Below the pieces are notes generated by a model, which saw only the letters and a list, made by a program, of their open reading frames with translations, had not been told where the DNA came from and made no database searches. DNA of 64,000 nucleotides from Macrostomum lignano (taxonomy: Eukaryota). Positions 61,025 to 64,000 of the stretch are shown here, piece after piece (positions within the stretch are counted from its first letter, which is position 1; every line of letters starts with the position of its first letter). The stretch spans positions 620,001 through 684,000 of the forward strand of contig NIVC01000175.1 in the NCBI GenBank assembly GCA_002269645.1. The letters run 5' to 3'. A program made the translations under genes and the position numbers.

Positions 61025-61850
61025 CAAAATGAGTGCCTTTGGCGCTAAAATGAGTGCTTGCGGCGCTAAAATGAGTGCCTGCGGCGCTAAAAAGAGTGCC
61101 TGCGGCGCTAAAATGAGTGCTTTTGGCGCTAAAATGAGTGCCTGTGGCGCTAAAATAAGTTCCTGCGGCGCTAAAATGAGTGCCTTTGGCGCTAAAATGA
61201 ATGCCTGCGGCGCTAAAATGAGTGCCTGCGGCGCTAAAATGAGTGCCTTCGGCGCTAAAATGAGTGCTTGCGGCGCTAAAATGAATGCCTGCGGCGCCAA
61301 AATGAATGCCTGCGGCGCTAAAAAGAGTGCATGCGGCGCTAAAATGAGTGTCTGCGGCGCCAAAGTGAGTTCCCGCGGCGCCAAAATGAGTGCCTGTGAC
61401 TAATATCACTACGATGATCACTAAAATAAGTGCCTTTGGTGCTAAAATGAATGCCTGCGTCGCCAAAATGAGTGCCTTTGGCGCTAAAATAAGTGCCTGC
61501 GGCGCTAAAATGAGTGCCTGTGACTAATATCACTACGATGATCACTAAAATGAGTGCCTGTGGCGCTAAAATGAGTGCCTTTGGCGCTAAAATAAGTGCC
61601 TGCGGCGCTAAAATGAGTGCCTGTGACTAATATCACTACGATGATCACTAAGATGAATGCCTGTGGCGCTAAAATGAGTGCCTTTGGCGCTAAAATAAGT
61701 GCCTGCGGCGCTAAAATGAGTGCCTGTGACTAATATCACTACGATGATCACTAAGATGAATGCCTGTGGCGCTAAAATGAGTGCCTTTGGCGCTAAAATA
61801 AGTGCCTGCGGCGCTAAAATGAGTGCCTTTGGCGCTAAAATGAGTGCAGG
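61025..61850. repeat. 21-bp minisatellite (GGCGCTAAAATGAGTGCCTGC)n with a repeated GTGACTAATATCACTACGATGATCAC insert
   Basis: Tandem units; explains the GAKMSAC ORFs. Confidence 0.95.
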
Positions 61851-62670
61851 AATGTAGGAATTAGTCATGTACATGCTACATGTAGAATAATTGGCTTTGT
61901 TTCTCCTCGCATCATAAAATCCGTGACGAAACCCCTGCTTCCAGTATTTCAAAGTTTGCCGTTTAATATTTATAACTTTGGCGTCCTATATTTCCTCCTA
62001 TATTTCCGCTAAAATCTAGACTGCAAAGTGTTATGCTTTGGTTGGTGGTCATCAGATGTGAGCAGCGTCTGCATATGAACCCAGGGAACCGAACTTCCCT
62101 GGGTCCGTACTCACCTACCCTACTCACCGTTGCGTTGCTATGCAATTGCGTCACCATAATAATTGACAGAATTATTATTTCCAATGTTTCTGTAAATTCT
62201 ACCAAAGTTTGTCACGGACTCGTGTGGTCTAAGTCCCAAGTCCAAAGCTTATTATTGAACAAATTAAAGACTAACTAGCTAATAAAAATCTCTTCTAAAA
62301 GAAGAGGAAAAACAACTTGAAAATACACCTCAAACATAAGAAGCAAACAATAAAGCCACTTACTTCATCCAAGCCATCACACCCGTCAATAGTGAACGTG
62401 GAGGGGTTGGCGGGCAAGCCGTGACCAGAGACGCCCAATAGAAGCGGTTCAACAATTCATTCCCATTGGCTCACGGAAATTCCACAGCCGTCTCTTGCCT
62501 GGCTGTCCCCGTCCCCCAATTTTCTGTCCAATTTTTGCACCTGCAGAAGCCGCGCTGCAATTCTGAAGACAAAACACGATTTTGCTCAGCAATTATGTTG
62601 TAAAATGAGACTGTTGTCTTTGTTGAGATGAAGCGATGAGACTGATCGAGAGCTACAGCTCCAACGAAAG

Positions 62671-62790
62671 ATGCGTCAGTATAGCGTTCTTGCTTTAAGT
62701 CTGCTTCTGGTGGGCCTTCTGCTTTTAGCAGCAGCAAGCGACGGGTTGCCTATGAGAACAGATGAGACGAATCGAGACGATTGCAGCCAG
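62671..62790 (+). CDS. Probable first coding exon of a secreted protein (signal peptide); downstream exons not identified
   Basis: MRQYSVLALSLLLVGLLLLAAASDG followed by a strong CAG|GTAAGA donor at 62791 (phase 0). Confidence 0.6.
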
Positions 62791-63004
62791 GTAAGACCAA
62801 GAGTTCAACTTGCTAATTTGAATAGGGTGGTGGGTGGCTCAGACAGTGAACAGAACTCATAAAATTCTGAGCTTCCCTGAACTTGTCCGAGCGTGTCCGC
62901 GCTTGTCCGCGCTTTTTCCTATCTTTGTCCGAGCTTTTCAGCTAGAAAAAAAACTCACTAAAGAGGCAGGAATTGAACAGCTGAACTTTTGTTTCGCCGG
63001 CGCC

Positions 63005-63255
63005 AGAATAGAACTCAGGATTTACTCAGTGAAGGCGCCAAAATAGAACTCATGGAAGGCGCCAGAATAGAACTCAGGATAGGCGCCAGAATAGAACTCA
63101 TGGAAGGCGCCAGAATAGAACTCATGGAAGGCGCTAGAATAGAACTCATGGAAGGCGCCAGAATAGAACTCATGGAAGGCGCCAGAATAGAACTCATGGA
63201 AGGCGCCAGAATAGAACTCATGGAAGGCGCCAGAATAGAACTCACGGAAGGCGCC
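63005..63255. repeat. 24-bp minisatellite (ATGGAAGGCGCCAGAATAGAACTC)n
   Basis: Tandem units; explains the MEGARIEL ORF. Confidence 0.95.
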
Positions 63256-64000
63256 ATGCAGATTAAAAGTCGCCAAAAAGAAACCCCAAAACGGATCGAA
63301 GCCTTTTTCAACCAAGCAGAAAAGCAGATTTAGTCAGTTTAAAAATAGCGCATGACTCTAGCTAAAGTGATTCAGTAATTCAATGATTCAGTCCACTCTG
63401 CTTAAATTAAAACTTCAGCGAACCAGCAAGCCCTGTCTTTCTCAATGTGGAAAATCCCCTCCGCCACGGGCTCAAGTGCCGATTTGGGAATTTAAGAGAA
63501 TTGGGAAGAAATTATACCCCAGTGCATAACACTTGACTGTATAACGCAGCCAAAAGACTGCGCAACAAAATCTATAAGTCGACCTCTTTAAGCTAATTCC
63601 CTCCCATTATTTCGTTAAGCACTGCCATTCCCAATCCCCATGGGAGTTTTTTCTGGCGGGGAGGAGAGGGTCGTTTGGGAATCGACCCTAACACATTATA
63701 TACAGAATCTATAGTTAGGGCGAAAGCGGTCCACCAACACGCGAAGGAAATAAAAAGTGTCCTTGAACGGGACCGGTGAGTCGCCTTTTGGGCCTTGACT
63801 GGCAGCTGTCACTCAACCCCGGCCGTCCCCGGGGAGGGAGCCTCGTGCATCCTCTATAGACTCTCCTCGCTTTTGGTCCAGAAATTTTGAGCGCCAGTTG
63901 CACGCGGGGCCGGGGCGAAAGCGCATATACAGCTTGTTGAAGAAGTCCGTCTGGCCCCCGGCTTTTATTTCTTTCACTTCCTCTCTCCATGGCCTACCGG

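Overview
Eukaryotic (metazoan) genomic DNA with spliceosomal introns, minisatellites, SINEs and MITEs. No prokaryotic features, rRNA genes or CRISPR arrays were found. The style (GC-rich exons, minisatellite-inflated introns) suggests a free-living flatworm such as Macrostomum, but this is inference only. I reconstructed exon chains by hand and checked them for splice phase. They give: two intronless DEG/ENaC channel paralogues plus a truncated third copy; a 7-exon ammonium transporter (Amt) with two duplicated alternative first exons; a Q-rich orphan gene; a 6-exon bacterial/fungal-type GH63-like (MGH1/YMR196W-like) glycosidase with a GC-AG intron and a 1-nt frameshift; SLX4 lacking its own start codon, directly downstream of an 8-exon NSUN6; a secreted PAN-PAN-fibrinogen protein; an ALK/LTK-type glycine-rich fragment; small secreted-peptide candidates; and a dead Crypton-type tyrosine recombinase. 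Most long ORFs in the supplied track are artefacts of tandem repeats. The most interesting leads are the possible horizontally acquired glycosidase, the mosaic divergence of the DEG/ENaC pair, the Amt TM1 exon duplication, the possible NSUN6-SLX4 operon with a spliced-leader-donated AUG, and gene-specific intronic minisatellite families.
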